A stretch of DNA of 64,000 nt. Origin: an uncultured Halobacteriales archaeon (GTDB lineage Archaea > Halobacteriota > Halobacteria > Halobacteriales > SKSH01). The stretch covers positions 5,968-69,967 of the forward strand of contig CAZXER010000003.1 in assembly GCA_964639975.1 (NCBI GenBank), in the 5' to 3' direction. A program made the translations under genes and the position numbers. The notes below the pieces were generated by a model. It worked only from the letters and a program-made list of their open reading frames with translations. It was not told the DNA's origin and made no database searches. Positions 36,048-46,259 of this stretch are shown here, piece by piece; position 1 is the stretch's first letter; each line of letters starts with the position of its first letter.

Positions 36048-37157
36048 ATGGAGACCACCGAGGGCGGTCGGACGTTCGACGTTCCAGGGGAGGACGATCC
36101 GGTCTTCTTCAACCCGGCCATGGAGCTCAACCGCGACATCACCGTCGCGGTGTTGCGCCAGGCACCGGAGCGCTTCCTCGAGCGCGACGAGCCCTCCTAC
36201 CTCGATGCGATGGCGGGATCGGGGATTCGCGGTGTCAGAGCGGGATTCGAGGGATATCGCGTGATCTGTTGCGATCGCAGCGAGGCCGCCCTCACGTACA
36301 CGCGGAGAAATCTCGAGGCCCATGGGATCGACGCAACCGTCGTCCACGACGATGCTCGCCGCGAGCTGTTCGACTCGCGATTCGATGTCGTCGATATCGA
36401 TCCCTTCGGGTCACCGATCCCGTACATCGATGCGGCGATGTTCGGGACCGATGGACTGTTGTGCGTAACGGCGACGGATACCGCGCCGCTGTGTGGGGCC
36501 CACCGCAAGGCCGGGATCCGACGGTATACGAGCGTTCCAGCGACGACGGTCGACCATCCCGAGATCGGACTGCGCACGATGATCGGCGCCATCGTCAGGC
36601 GAGGCGCGAGCCACGACGTCGCCGCAACGCCCGTCCTCAGCCATTCGACCCGCCACTATCATCGGGCGTATCTCGCGCTGGCTGAGGGCGCAACGATTGC
36701 CGATGAGACACTCGAACAGGTGGGGTTTCTCGAGCATTGCGAGTCCTGCTGGTGGCGTGAGGAGACCGCCGGACTCGCCCCGTCACTGCGGGTTCACTGT
36801 CCACGGTGCGACGCTGATCTCCGGCGGATCGGACCGCTCTGGCTGGGTGACTATCGAGATCGGTCGTTTACCGCATCCGTTATCGATGCCATCGACGAGA
36901 CGATGGGGACCGCGACCCAAGCGACCCGGTTGTTGGACCGACTCGCCGGTGAGGCAGACCTCGTCGGACACCTCGATCATCACGAGGTGTGTGACCGGAT
37001 GGACCTCCCGGCCGGACCGATCGAGACGGTGCTTGAGGAATTACGTGAGCGAAAGTACATCGCGACCCGGACACACTTCGGCGGGACCACGTTCAAGACC
37101 GATGCACCGATGACAACGATCGAAACCGTCGTCGAATCCGTTACTGACAGCCCTTAA
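36048..37157 (+). CDS. trm1: tRNA (guanine26-N2)-dimethyltransferase Trm1
   Basis: Start moved to ATG 36048 (METTEGGRTF..FFNPAMELNRD). SAM-binding DAMAGSGIRG, DIDPFGSP, and the Cys cluster CESC...CPRC. Confidence 0.9.
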   Translation: METTEGGRTFDVPGEDDPVFFNPAMELNRDITVAVLRQAPERFLERDEPSYLDAMAGSGIRGVRAGFEGYRVICCDRSEAALTYTRRNLEAHGIDATVVHDDARRELFDSRFDVVDIDPFGSPIPYIDAAMFGTDGLLCVTATDTAPLCGAHRKAGIRRYTSVPATTVDHPEIGLRTMIGAIVRRGASHDVAATPVLSHSTRHYHRAYLALAEGATIADETLEQVGFLEHCESCWWREETAGLAPSLRVHCPRCDADLRRIGPLWLGDYRDRSFTASVIDAIDETMGTATQATRLLDRLAGEADLVGHLDHHEVCDRMDLPAGPIETVLEELRERKYIATRTHFGGTTFKTDAPMTTIETVVESVTDSP

Positions 37158-37168
37158 GCATTCAGGCG

Positions 37169-37990
37169 GTGTGCCGTACTAGCGTGCTCGACCGATCCGA
37201 GGTCGTCGATCGTATCCGCGTGATGGTCGATACCGTGAAGAACGTACAGGCGACGTTGCTAGCCGGTGCGATTGCGTTCTTCGCCCTCCTGTCGGTCGTT
37301 CCGTTAGCCGTCGTCATCGTGGCCATCGCCGCGACCATCGGCGGTGGTGATATCATCGATCCCTTGGTGTCCACGTTCGACCACCTGATAACCGCCGAGG
37401 CGGTCGAATTTGTGGAGACTGGCCTCGAGGCCGATGGCGGGCGTTCTGGGGCCACCCTCGCCGGTATCGTCTTTGCCATCTGGGCGTCGTTGCGGGTGTT
37501 CAGGGCGCTCGATCGTGCGTTCAACAGCATCTACGGTAAACCCGGAGCCTCCTCCCTCCTCGCCAGTGCGATCCAAGGCGCAGCCGTCCTGTTCGCCCTG
37601 CTGGGAATCGCGGGGACGGTCGGGATTGCGCTACTGGGTCTGTCGTCGATCGGTGTGACGATCCCGCTGGAGCTCCTCCCGGTGTTTACGATTCCGCTGT
37701 TGACCCTCGTCCTCCTCCCGATGTACGCGCTGTTTCCGCCCGGTCCTGCTACCATTCGAGACGCGCTGCCAGGCGCGATCCTCGCGGCTGTCGGCATCAC
37801 CCTCGCGACAGCGGGCTTTCAGCTGTACATTACCATCGCCGCCCCCTTCGCGGTCTATGGCATCTTGGCGGGTGTCTTCGTCGCCATGCTTTGGTTGTAC
37901 AGTATCGCGGTTGTCATCCTCGTCGGCGCGGTCGCGAATGCGACGGATCTCGGCGCGGACCGGCAGCTACATGTCGACGCCCCAGCATAG
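37169..37990 (+). CDS. YihY/BrkB family membrane protein
   Basis: 273 aa with about 6 TM helices. Family-typical LLAGAIAFFALLSVVPL and WLYSIAVVILVGA. Confidence 0.8.
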   Translation: MCRTSVLDRSEVVDRIRVMVDTVKNVQATLLAGAIAFFALLSVVPLAVVIVAIAATIGGGDIIDPLVSTFDHLITAEAVEFVETGLEADGGRSGATLAGIVFAIWASLRVFRALDRAFNSIYGKPGASSLLASAIQGAAVLFALLGIAGTVGIALLGLSSIGVTIPLELLPVFTIPLLTLVLLPMYALFPPGPATIRDALPGAILAAVGITLATAGFQLYITIAAPFAVYGILAGVFVAMLWLYSIAVVILVGAVANATDLGADRQLHVDAPA

Positions 37991-38005
37991 TCTGGACCGA
38001 CCTGT

Positions 38006-38428
38006 ATGGAGGAGTTCGATCCAGAATCGATGTCCGACAATGGCCAAGAGGAGACAGCCTACGGCGTCGGAGAGGGCCCTGAGGACTACGTCGATGCCCA
38101 GCGGTTCTACGAGCTCCGCGAGGAATTCGAACGCCTCGAGGCCGAGATCGAGGACCGGACGATCCACCGAGACGAGGTAGAGGACGACCTCAGGAGGTAC
38201 GTCAGATGGCGCCAACGTCGCGGACACGCCCGGGGCTGGGGACCGTACTTCGTCTTGCTGTATGGCGTCATCCTGACCCTCGGTGCGTTCTACCTGCTCG
38301 AGGGGGGCTGGGCCATCCTAGCGATGTTCGTCATCTGGCTCTCCACCCTCGGGCTGTACGTCTTTATGGTGGTGACCGGGACCACCACGCGTATCCTCAC
38401 CTATCCGATCAGGAAGCTGCGGGACTAA
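38006..38428 (+). CDS. Hypothetical membrane protein (acidic coiled N-terminus plus 3 TM helices)
   Basis: 140 aa. Halophile-like acidic N-terminal half and a hydrophobic C-terminal half. No family recognised. Confidence 0.55.
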   Translation: MEEFDPESMSDNGQEETAYGVGEGPEDYVDAQRFYELREEFERLEAEIEDRTIHRDEVEDDLRRYVRWRQRRGHARGWGPYFVLLYGVILTLGAFYLLEGGWAILAMFVIWLSTLGLYVFMVVTGTTTRILTYPIRKLRD

Positions 38429-38450
38429 CGACGCAAGTAGAACCGAACGA

Positions 38451-39815
38451 TCAGAACTTGTTGAGGTACTTCTCGATCTCCCAGTCGGTGACGTAGGTGC
38501 GGTACTCGAGGTAATCCGCGCGGCTCGCCTCGATGAACTTCTCGGCAACATGGTTACCGAGGGCGTCCATAATCACCGGATCGGCCTCGAGGGCATCGAT
38601 CGCCCGATCGAGCGATCCCGGGAGCATCTCGATGCCGTACTCCTCGCGGGCTGACTCGTCGAACTCATAGATGTCCTCTCTGACCGGATCGCCGGGGTCG
38701 ATCTCGTTCTCGATCCCGTCAAGACCGGCCTTGACGATGGCCGCATACGCGAGGTACGGGTTGCAGGATGGATCGGGACTGCGGACCTCGAAGCGGGCAC
38801 TCGTCCCGGCCGCATCGGGGACGCGAATCAGGGCGGAACGGTTCACATCGGACCAGGCGATGTACACCGGTGCCTCGTACCCGGGAACGAGTCGCTTGTA
38901 GGAGTTGACCGTCGGGTTCGCCACGGCGGTGATGGCCGGAGCGTGCGCGAGGACCCCACCCATGAAGTGATAGGCCGTCTCCGAGAGGTTGAATTCGTCC
39001 GAATCATCCGCGAAGACGTTTTCACCGTCCGAAAAGAGGCTCACGTGTGAGTGCATCCCAGAGCCGTTGATGGAGCTGATCGGCTTGGGCATGAACGTCG
39101 CATGGAGGTCGTGTTGTTCGGCGATGGCCCTGACGACCGCCCTGAACGTCGAGATGTCGTCCGCCGATGAGAGCGCGTCGGCGTACTTGAAGTTGATCTC
39201 GTGTTGGCCCTCGGCCACCTCGTGGTGGCTCGCCTCGACCTCGAAGCCCATCGATTCGAGCGCGAAGATGATCTCCCGGCGGACGTCTGTCGCCAGATCC
39301 TTCGGTGCGAGATCGAAGTAGCCGCCACTGTCGTGGGGGATCGTCGTCGGGTCGCCATCCTCGTCCGTCTCGAAGAGGAAGAACTCGGGTTCCGGGCCGA
39401 AGTTCAACTCGTAGCCGAGCTCGGCTGCCTCCGCGAGCACCGACTTGAGCACCTGCCGCGGCCCGCCTTCGAAGGGAGTCCCATCCGTGTTGACGACGTC
39501 ACAGATGATCCGAGCGCTCGAGACTCCATTGCTTGTCCACGGGAGCACGGTGAAGGTCCTCGGATCGGGCTCGAGACGCATATCCGATTCCTGGATGCGG
39601 ACGAACCCCTCGATGCTCGAGCCATCGAACCAGATGCCCTCGTCGAAGGCCTTCTCGACCTGGCTCGCCGGGATTGAGACGTTCTTGACGGTCCCGGTGA
39701 TGTCGGTGAACTGCAACCGGACGAACTTGACGTTCTCTTCCTCGATCGTCTCGAACACGCGATCGATGTGTTCCTGCTTCGAATTACCCAAAACAGCCGT
39801 TTCTGTTCCTGCCAT
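38451..39815 (-). CDS. glnA: Glutamine synthetase, type I
   Basis: 454 aa. [14 protein letters not shown] (beta-grasp), [19 protein letters not shown] and NPYLAYAA motifs. Confidence 0.95.
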   Translation of the reverse strand: MAGTETAVLGNSKQEHIDRVFETIEEENVKFVRLQFTDITGTVKNVSIPASQVEKAFDEGIWFDGSSIEGFVRIQESDMRLEPDPRTFTVLPWTSNGVSSARIICDVVNTDGTPFEGGPRQVLKSVLAEAAELGYELNFGPEPEFFLFETDEDGDPTTIPHDSGGYFDLAPKDLATDVRREIIFALESMGFEVEASHHEVAEGQHEINFKYADALSSADDISTFRAVVRAIAEQHDLHATFMPKPISSINGSGMHSHVSLFSDGENVFADDSDEFNLSETAYHFMGGVLAHAPAITAVANPTVNSYKRLVPGYEAPVYIAWSDVNRSALIRVPDAAGTSARFEVRSPDPSCNPYLAYAAIVKAGLDGIENEIDPGDPVREDIYEFDESAREEYGIEMLPGSLDRAIDALEADPVIMDALGNHVAEKFIEASRADYLEYRTYVTDWEIEKYLNKF

Positions 39816-39939
39816 ATATTACGACAATAGACTCGTAAGTATCCAGTATATTAACGATTTCGTTGACGATATCGGTAATTTATCGAAGAAAAATGGACAT
39901 TCGTAAATCCTTTACTCGTCGGGGCCGTCGAACCGGCTG

Positions 39940-40398
39940 ATGACCTACGAACATCTGGATGTTCGCCTCGTGAACGCGCTGACAGCCGACGGTCGAGCGA
40001 GCCTGCGTAGTCTGGCTGAGGACCTCGATGTCTCCGTGACAACGATCTCGAACCATCTCGAAGAGCTCGAGGAACACGGCGTCATCACCGGGTACTCGCC
40101 CGATCTCGACTACGATGCGCTGGGCTACGATGTCACCGCTGTCCTTCAGTTGAAGGTCGAAGGCGACGCCATCTCCGAGATATCGAGCGAACTGGAGAAC
40201 GAGAACCAGATGCTCAGTGTCTATGAGGTGACCGGTGACTTCGACATCATCGCGATCGGGAAGTACGTCGATACCGACGACATGAACCAACAGATCAAGG
40301 AGCTGCTCGGTCACACGGCGATCATCGAGACGAACACGAATATCGTGCTCAACATCATCAACGAGAACGACTCGCTCTCGATTCCAACACCGGACTAA
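39940..40398 (+). CDS. lrp: Lrp/AsnC family transcriptional regulator
   Basis: 152 aa. HTH ([44 protein letters not shown]) plus a RAM/AsnC_trans_reg domain. Divergent from glnA across a 124-nt AT-rich spacer. Confidence 0.9.
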   Translation: MTYEHLDVRLVNALTADGRASLRSLAEDLDVSVTTISNHLEELEEHGVITGYSPDLDYDALGYDVTAVLQLKVEGDAISEISSELENENQMLSVYEVTGDFDIIAIGKYVDTDDMNQQIKELLGHTAIIETNTNIVLNIINENDSLSIPTPD

Positions 40399-40479
40399 TC
40401 AGTCACCAACGATCCGCGAATAATCGATTCTTCGAACGTCGTTACAAGCAGAGGGCAGGTGAGGTGGCTGTGACCGACT

Positions 40480-42150
40480 TCACATCATGCCGCCCATTCC
40501 GCCCATGCCACCCATACCGCCCATGCCGCCCATCCCGCCGGCACCGCCCTCGGGCTCTTCGCCCTCGGTTGACAGGTCGCCAGCGGAGATGATGTCGTCG
40601 ATCTTGAGGACGAGGTTGGCGGCCTCGGTGGCACTCGAGATGGCCTGTTCCTTCGCGTGGGCCGGCTCGATCACGCCAGACTCGAACGTGTCCTCGATAT
40701 CGCCGGTGTGGACGTTGAGCCCAGCGCGGATCTGTCCGTCCTCGTGGGCTGCACGGAGGTCGACGAGCGTGTCGATGCTGTCGAGCCCACCGTTCTCTGA
40801 GAGCACCCGTGGGACCAGCTCGAGCGAGTCGGCGAACGCCTCGACGGCCAGCTGCTCGCGACCGCTGACGCTGTCAGCGTAGTCGCGAAGTCGTCGAGCG
40901 AGCTCCGTTTCGACCGCACCGCCACCGGGCAGCGCTCGGCCATCGGTGACCGTCTGTGCAGCCACGTCCAGTGCGTCGTTGATGCTGCGTTCGAGCTCGT
41001 CGACCACGTGGTCGGTCGACCCACGGAGCAACATGGTGACACCGTGTCCGTCCTCTCCCTCGACGTAGAACAGGTCGTCGTTGACGTCCCGGGTGACCGA
41101 TCCCTGGCCGAGGTCGTCGGCACTGGCGCTGTCCAGATCGGAGACGATCCGAGCGCCGAGTACCTCTTTGAGGAACTCGATGTCGCTCTTCTTGGCACGG
41201 CGGACCGCGAGGATGCCCTCGCGAGCCAGGAAGTGCTGTGCGAGGTCGTCGATGCCCTTCTGACAGAACACGACGTTCGCACCGGTCGCCTTGATCTGAT
41301 CGACCTTCCGCTTGAGCTGTTCCTCCTCCTGGTCGAGGAACTTCTGCAGCTGCTCTGGGTCGCTCACGCTGACCTCGGTGTCGACGTCGGCCTCCTCGAC
41401 CTCGATCGGCTCGTTGACGAGCATGACCTTCGCATCCTCGACGATCCGCGGCATGTCGTCGTGGACCGGGTCTTTGTCGATGACGGCTCCGACGAGTAGC
41501 TCGGACTGCTCGGCCGACTGGCCGGTCTGGGTCTCGATGTTGATGTACTCGAGGTCGGCAATGGTGTCGCCCTCGTCGTTCTCCACCGTCACCTGGCTGA
41601 TCGCGTCGACGACGAGCTGGGAGAAGAGCTCCTTGTTGAACTCGGCACCCTTGCCGGTCATGCTCGTCTCGGCGATCCGTCGGATGATCTCCTCATCCTC
41701 GTTATCGATCGCTTCAGCGATGTCATCGACCTCCTCGCGAGCCCGCTCGCTCGCGAGATGGTATCCCTTGATGATTGCCGTCGGGTGGATCTCCTGCTCG
41801 AGGAGATCTTCGGCGTTCTTCAGGAGCTCACCAGCGATGGCGACGGCCGTGGTCGTCCCGTCACCGGCCTCGTCCTCCTGCGTCTCGGCGACCTCGACGA
41901 TCATCTCGGCCGTCGGGTTGTCGATGTCCATCTCGGTGAGGATCGTCACCCCGTCGTTCGTCACGGTGACGCTGCCCATGCTGTCGACCAGCATCTTGTC
42001 CATCCCCTTGGGACCGAGGGTGGAGCGGACGGCCTCGGCGACCGCTCGAGCCGCTGAAATATTGTATTCCTGGGCGTCCTTGTCCTTGACTTGCTGCGCA
42101 TCTTCACTCATTACGATGAGGGGTTGACTCCCCCGCATACGCTGACTCAT
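40480..42150 (-). CDS. Thermosome subunit (group II chaperonin, CCT family)
   Basis: Start moved to ATG 42150 ([13 protein letters not shown]). [34 protein letters not shown] and a C-terminal (GGM)n tail. Confidence 0.95.
   Translation of the reverse strand: MSQRMRGSQPLIVMSEDAQQVKDKDAQEYNISAARAVAEAVRSTLGPKGMDKMLVDSMGSVTVTNDGVTILTEMDIDNPTAEMIVEVAETQEDEAGDGTTTAVAIAGELLKNAEDLLEQEIHPTAIIKGYHLASERAREEVDDIAEAIDNEDEEIIRRIAETSMTGKGAEFNKELFSQLVVDAISQVTVENDEGDTIADLEYINIETQTGQSAEQSELLVGAVIDKDPVHDDMPRIVEDAKVMLVNEPIEVEEADVDTEVSVSDPEQLQKFLDQEEEQLKRKVDQIKATGANVVFCQKGIDDLAQHFLAREGILAVRRAKKSDIEFLKEVLGARIVSDLDSASADDLGQGSVTRDVNDDLFYVEGEDGHGVTMLLRGSTDHVVDELERSINDALDVAAQTVTDGRALPGGGAVETELARRLRDYADSVSGREQLAVEAFADSLELVPRVLSENGGLDSIDTLVDLRAAHEDGQIRAGLNVHTGDIEDTFESGVIEPAHAKEQAISSATEAANLVLKIDDIISAGDLSTEGEEPEGGAGGMGGMGGMGGMGGMGGMM
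40483..40548 (-). repeat. 9-nt tandem repeat encoding the thermosome GGM tail
   Basis: + strand catgccgcc/cattccgcc/catgccacc/cataccgcc... encodes [22 protein letters not shown]. Confidence 0.85.
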
Positions 42151-42173
42151 AGTCGGTGAGTGATTGATTGTGC

Positions 42174-42193
42174 TTCTATAAAAGAATAACGCT
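42174..42193 (-). promoter_or_regulatory. Thermosome promoter: TATA box (TTTTATA) framed by AGCGT...TAGAA
   Basis: The reverse strand reads AGCGTTATTCTTTTATAGAA, ending 23 nt before ATG 42150. This is consistent with a leaderless or very short-leader transcript. Confidence 0.5.
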
Positions 42194-42417
42194 GTAGTGA
42201 TCAACTGACCAACGAGATCGTTCGACGATAAAGTGGCTGAAATGACCTATGACAGGGGTCTCATACCGGTTTCATGTGAGCTGATGACATACCACGTATC
42301 GTCACTAGTGTCCCTCCAATTCGGGGTTTTTTATACAACTGTATGACGGCTGTCCCGACGATCGGCCGCAAGTACCACCGTTTTAGGCCCAGCCGCGAGA
42401 AGCCAACATGAGCAAGC

Positions 42418-43596
42418 ATGGCCTCGAATACCCAGTACCTCGAAGAGCGCCTGGAGGGGATGATCGAACGTGGAGAAGTCTGGAACCTCAGGCAACTAGA
42501 GGGTCCAAGCCAACCACATACGACCGTCGAGGGCACGGAGGTCACGATGCTGACCTCGAACAACTACCTCGATCTCGCGAACGATCAACGATTGAAGACC
42601 GCTGCAAAGGACGCGATCGACGAGTTCGGTCACGGCACCGGTTCCGTCTGGGCCATCGCCGGGTATATGGACATCCAGGAGGAGTTGAACCAGGCGATTG
42701 CCGACTTCAAGGGAACGGAGGCAGGGTTGGCCTACCAGACCGGCTTCGGGGCGAACGCCGGCCTCATCCCCCAGCTCCTCGACGAGGGTGATGCCTACAT
42801 CTCGGACGAACTCAACCACGGCAGTATCATCGATGGGATGCGACTCTCGAGTGCCGATACCATCATCTACGACCACGCTGATATGGCCTCCCTCGAGGAG
42901 GCGCTCGAGTCGGCGCATGACGAGTATGAGCGGCTGTTGGTCGTCACCGATGGCGTGTTCTCCATGGACGGCGATATCGCCCCGCTCGACGAGATCCACG
43001 CACTCGCCGAGGAATACGACGCGATGACGTACGTCGACGACGCCCACGGCGAGGGCGTCCTCGGTGGAGGTCATGGAACGATCGCCGAGTTCGGATTGGG
43101 TGACGAGATCGAATTCCAGACTGGTACCTTCTCGAAGGCGATGGGCTCATTCGGTGGCATGCTCGCCGGCGAGGAGCACGTCATCGAGTACGCGTACAAC
43201 ACGTCCCGTACCTGGCTCCTCAGTGCTGGTTATCCACCGGCAGTCGCCGCGGCGAACATCAAGGCACTCGAGATCATCGAGAAGGAGAGCGACCGCGTCG
43301 AGGACCTGTGGGACCTTCGAGAGTACTTCGTCGACGAGCTCGAATCGATGGGGTTCGATACGGGCAACAGTGAGACACCGATCGTTCCCGTGATGGTCGG
43401 CGACAGTCGCACCGCACAGACCTTCGCCGACCGGCTCTTCGAGAACGGCATCTTCGCGCTGGCAATCGTCTACCCGATGGTCGCCCGCGGCGAGGCCAGG
43501 ATCCGCAACCAGCTCAATGCCGGGTTGACCGAGGAGGATCTCAACGAGGCTCTGCGGGTCTACGAAGCGGTCGGGCGGGACCTCGACATCATCTGA
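42418..43596 (+). CDS. kbl: 2-amino-3-ketobutyrate CoA ligase / 8-amino-7-oxononanoate synthase family (glycine C-acetyltransferase-like)
   Basis: 392 aa. Alpha-oxoamine synthase features (SNNYLDLAND, DELNHGSIIDG, DDAHGEGVLG, TFSKAMG with the PLP Lys). Kbl is preferred over BioF because of the adjacent SDR-type threonine dehydrogenase. Confidence 0.75.
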   Translation: MASNTQYLEERLEGMIERGEVWNLRQLEGPSQPHTTVEGTEVTMLTSNNYLDLANDQRLKTAAKDAIDEFGHGTGSVWAIAGYMDIQEELNQAIADFKGTEAGLAYQTGFGANAGLIPQLLDEGDAYISDELNHGSIIDGMRLSSADTIIYDHADMASLEEALESAHDEYERLLVVTDGVFSMDGDIAPLDEIHALAEEYDAMTYVDDAHGEGVLGGGHGTIAEFGLGDEIEFQTGTFSKAMGSFGGMLAGEEHVIEYAYNTSRTWLLSAGYPPAVAAANIKALEIIEKESDRVEDLWDLREYFVDELESMGFDTGNSETPIVPVMVGDSRTAQTFADRLFENGIFALAIVYPMVARGEARIRNQLNAGLTEEDLNEALRVYEAVGRDLDII

Positions 43597-43614
43597 GACG
43601 GCCGGCGAAGTAGC

Positions 43615-44541
43615 CTAGACCTCGATGTTCTCGAGCATATCTTCGACCAGCTCGTCGAGTCCGTATGACGGGGACCAACCCCAGTCGGCCCGGGCAGCAC
43701 TATCGTCGATGCGATCCGGCCAGGAGTCTGCGATCGCCTGGCGGTCATCGGGCTCGTAGGTCGCCTCGAAGTCGGGGATGTGCTCGCGGATGGCCTCGGT
43801 CAGCTCCCCGGCGGTAAACTCGAGTGCGCTCACGTTGTACTCACAGCGGTACCTGAGATCGCCATCGTCCGCGGCCGCGAGCTGCGTGAGCGCCTCGATC
43901 GCGTCTGGCATGTACATCATCGGCAGTTGAGTATCCTCCCTGACGAAGTAGGTGTACGCGCTGGATTCGAGCGCGCCGTAGAAGGCCTCCACGGCGTAAT
44001 CGGTGGTCCCCCCGCCGGGGAGCGTCTTGTAGCTCAAGATGCCCGGGAAGCGGACGCCTCGAATGTCGAGATCGTATCGGTCGTAGTAGTAGTTCGCCAT
44101 CAACTCAAGGAACACCTTCGAGATCCCGTACATCGTCGTGGGGCGCAGGATGGTCTCCTCCCCTGGGTTCGAGGGCGTCTCCGGTCCGAAGACGGCGATC
44201 GTACTCGGGACGATCACCTGCTGCATGTCGTACCCCTTGGCGATCTCCAGGACGTTCATCAACCCGTCAACGTTCACCTGGTACGTCAATCGCGGATTGC
44301 GCTCACCCTTGGCAGAAAGGATCGCTGCCAGGTGATAGATCGTGTCGACGTCGTAGGACTCAACCAGTGAGCGAAATCGATCCGCCTCGGTTACATCGAG
44401 GTACTCGTACGGTTCAGGCAGCGGCGGTTCCTCGTCCAGTCCGGTCGCGAGCACGGTATCCTGACCGTATCGCTCACGAAGCGCTGGCGTGAGCTCTGAG
44501 CCGATCTGTCCCGCGGCGCCGGTGATCAGTATCGTACTCAT
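43615..44541 (-). CDS. tdh: NAD-dependent epimerase/dehydratase-fold L-threonine 3-dehydrogenase (SDR type)
   Basis: Start moved to ATG 44541 (MSTILITGAAGQIGSEL). YGISK catalytic motif, with length and pattern like UDP-glucose-4-epimerase-like TDHs. Confidence 0.7.
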   Translation of the reverse strand: MSTILITGAAGQIGSELTPALRERYGQDTVLATGLDEEPPLPEPYEYLDVTEADRFRSLVESYDVDTIYHLAAILSAKGERNPRLTYQVNVDGLMNVLEIAKGYDMQQVIVPSTIAVFGPETPSNPGEETILRPTTMYGISKVFLELMANYYYDRYDLDIRGVRFPGILSYKTLPGGGTTDYAVEAFYGALESSAYTYFVREDTQLPMMYMPDAIEALTQLAAADDGDLRYRCEYNVSALEFTAGELTEAIREHIPDFEATYEPDDRQAIADSWPDRIDDSAARADWGWSPSYGLDELVEDMLENIEV

Positions 44542-44655
44542 GAAAGTCGTTCCTTGGAACTCCTCGCTTTCGGCTCTTATGTACACCGGAACAACGATCG
44601 ACGTGGGAGAAAACACCCGAGAACGTCGTTCCGCCAGCCTCGATGCAGCGGGTGA

Positions 44656-46161
44656 CTACAGGTCGTAGAGCTGCTCGAACTTGTCGTAGGCGTAGTCGAC
44701 GAAGTACTCCGCCGTCAGCGGTTCACCCGTGGCTCGCTCGATGAGCTCCGGTGTCGTGTACCGCTGTCCCTGGCTGTGGATGTTCTCCGTCATCCACTCG
44801 TGAAGCGGTTCGAAGTTACCCTCGCTGATCAGCCCGTCGACATCGAGATCGTCACGGATCGCCGCGTCGAGTTGTGCCGTCACCACACTGCCGAGCGTGT
44901 ACGTCCAGAACGAGGCGAACCCAGAGGTCCAGTGGATGTCCTGCAGACAGCCCTCGGTATCCGTATCGGGGGTGACGCCGAGGTACGAGTCCATCTTCTC
45001 GTTCCAGAGTCGTGGGATCTCGTCGGCCTCGATATCCCCCTCGACGAACCCGCGATCGATCTCACACCGGAGGATGATGTGCATGTGATAGGTCAGCTCG
45101 TCCGCCTCGACCCGGATGAGGTTGTCCGGGTTGATCTGGTTCATCGCCTCGTACAGCTCATCTTCCGTCAGGTCATCCGTGCCGGAGAGATGCTCCTTGA
45201 CCAGCGGGAGCAGATGTGTCATGAACGGGCGGGTGCGACCGACGTGATTCTCCCAAAAGCGAGACTGAGACTCGTGAATGCTATAGACCGGGTTCCCCAG
45301 TGGCGTCCCGTACTTGTCTTGTGGCAGGCCGAGTTGGTACGTCGCGTGGCCGAACTCGTGGATAGTCGCCGTCAACGCGTCCAGCGGATCCTCGGGATGG
45401 AACCGTGTCGTGACCCGAGCATCGAATTGGTTGCCGCTCATGAAGGGATGCGGAGCCGTATCGAGGCGGCCGCGATCGCGATCGTAGCCGAGCAGGTCCA
45501 ACACCGCCTGAGATAGCGCTTCTTGGTCCTCTTCTGGATACGTACCGTCGAACGGGTCTGCCAGGTCGCGACCGTTCGCCCGGATATCATCGACCAGCGG
45601 CGGGAGCTCTGTTTTGAGCGTGTCGAAGATCTCCTCCATCGTCTCGATCGGGATGTACCGGTGGGTATCCTCGTACATCACCTCATACGGCGGTTTGTCC
45701 GGATCGATATGCTGGGCTCGCTCCCGGGTGAGCTCTCGCATCTTCTCCAGTCGAGGGGCAAACGCATCGAAATCGTCCTCTGCTTTCGCATCCTGCCAGA
45801 TCTGCTGGTTCTCCGAGGAGGTCTGGGCGATCTCTTCGACGAGCTCGGAGGGCACGTTGGCATCACGCTCGTAGTCCTGACGGATCTCTCGGACGCACGC
45901 TGCCTGATCCTGGGTGAGGTCAGCATCGGCGAGCTCATCGAGCCACTCGCCAACCTCGTCCTCAACGAGGAGCTCGTGAGCGGTCGCCGAGAGGGCGGAG
46001 AGCTGTTGGGCCCGACCTGGGGCACCGCCTTCGGGCATCATGACCTGCTGATCCCAGTTGAGATACATCGAGGCATACTGGAGGTTTGACAGCCGGCGGA
46101 ACCGCTCGAGAAGTTGCTCGTACGCGTCAGGAACGTCTGAATCTGAGTCGCTCACAGCCAT
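44656..46161 (-). CDS. Carboxypeptidase M32 (Taq-type metallocarboxypeptidase)
   Basis: Start moved to ATG 46161 (MAVSDSDSD...). HEFGHATY zinc motif, plus HESQSRFWEN, DELTYHMHIILR and IHWTSG. Confidence 0.9.
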   Translation of the reverse strand: MAVSDSDSDVPDAYEQLLERFRRLSNLQYASMYLNWDQQVMMPEGGAPGRAQQLSALSATAHELLVEDEVGEWLDELADADLTQDQAACVREIRQDYERDANVPSELVEEIAQTSSENQQIWQDAKAEDDFDAFAPRLEKMRELTRERAQHIDPDKPPYEVMYEDTHRYIPIETMEEIFDTLKTELPPLVDDIRANGRDLADPFDGTYPEEDQEALSQAVLDLLGYDRDRGRLDTAPHPFMSGNQFDARVTTRFHPEDPLDALTATIHEFGHATYQLGLPQDKYGTPLGNPVYSIHESQSRFWENHVGRTRPFMTHLLPLVKEHLSGTDDLTEDELYEAMNQINPDNLIRVEADELTYHMHIILRCEIDRGFVEGDIEADEIPRLWNEKMDSYLGVTPDTDTEGCLQDIHWTSGFASFWTYTLGSVVTAQLDAAIRDDLDVDGLISEGNFEPLHEWMTENIHSQGQRYTTPELIERATGEPLTAEYFVDYAYDKFEQLYDL

Positions 46162-46259
46162 ATGCCTACGTGGTAGGTCGAGACCTATAATTGCCCATAT
46201 TTGGGGTGTCCTTGCCGGGAGTTGCTCTCGTACCCGCTGAACCAAAATCGCTCGAACCC

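Noticed and set aside
35642-36685. 347-aa forward ORF spanning the SWIM gene (antisense) and the trm1 5' half (other frame)
   Set aside because: It has an extreme Arg/Ser/Pro composition. Both overlapped genes have clear family motifs.
40487-42127. Forward-strand ORFs opposite the thermosome gene (e.g. [12 protein letters not shown]..., 131 aa; 271-aa Ser-rich ORF)
   Set aside because: These are mirror images of the GGM repeat and of a highly expressed, unmistakable chaperonin gene.
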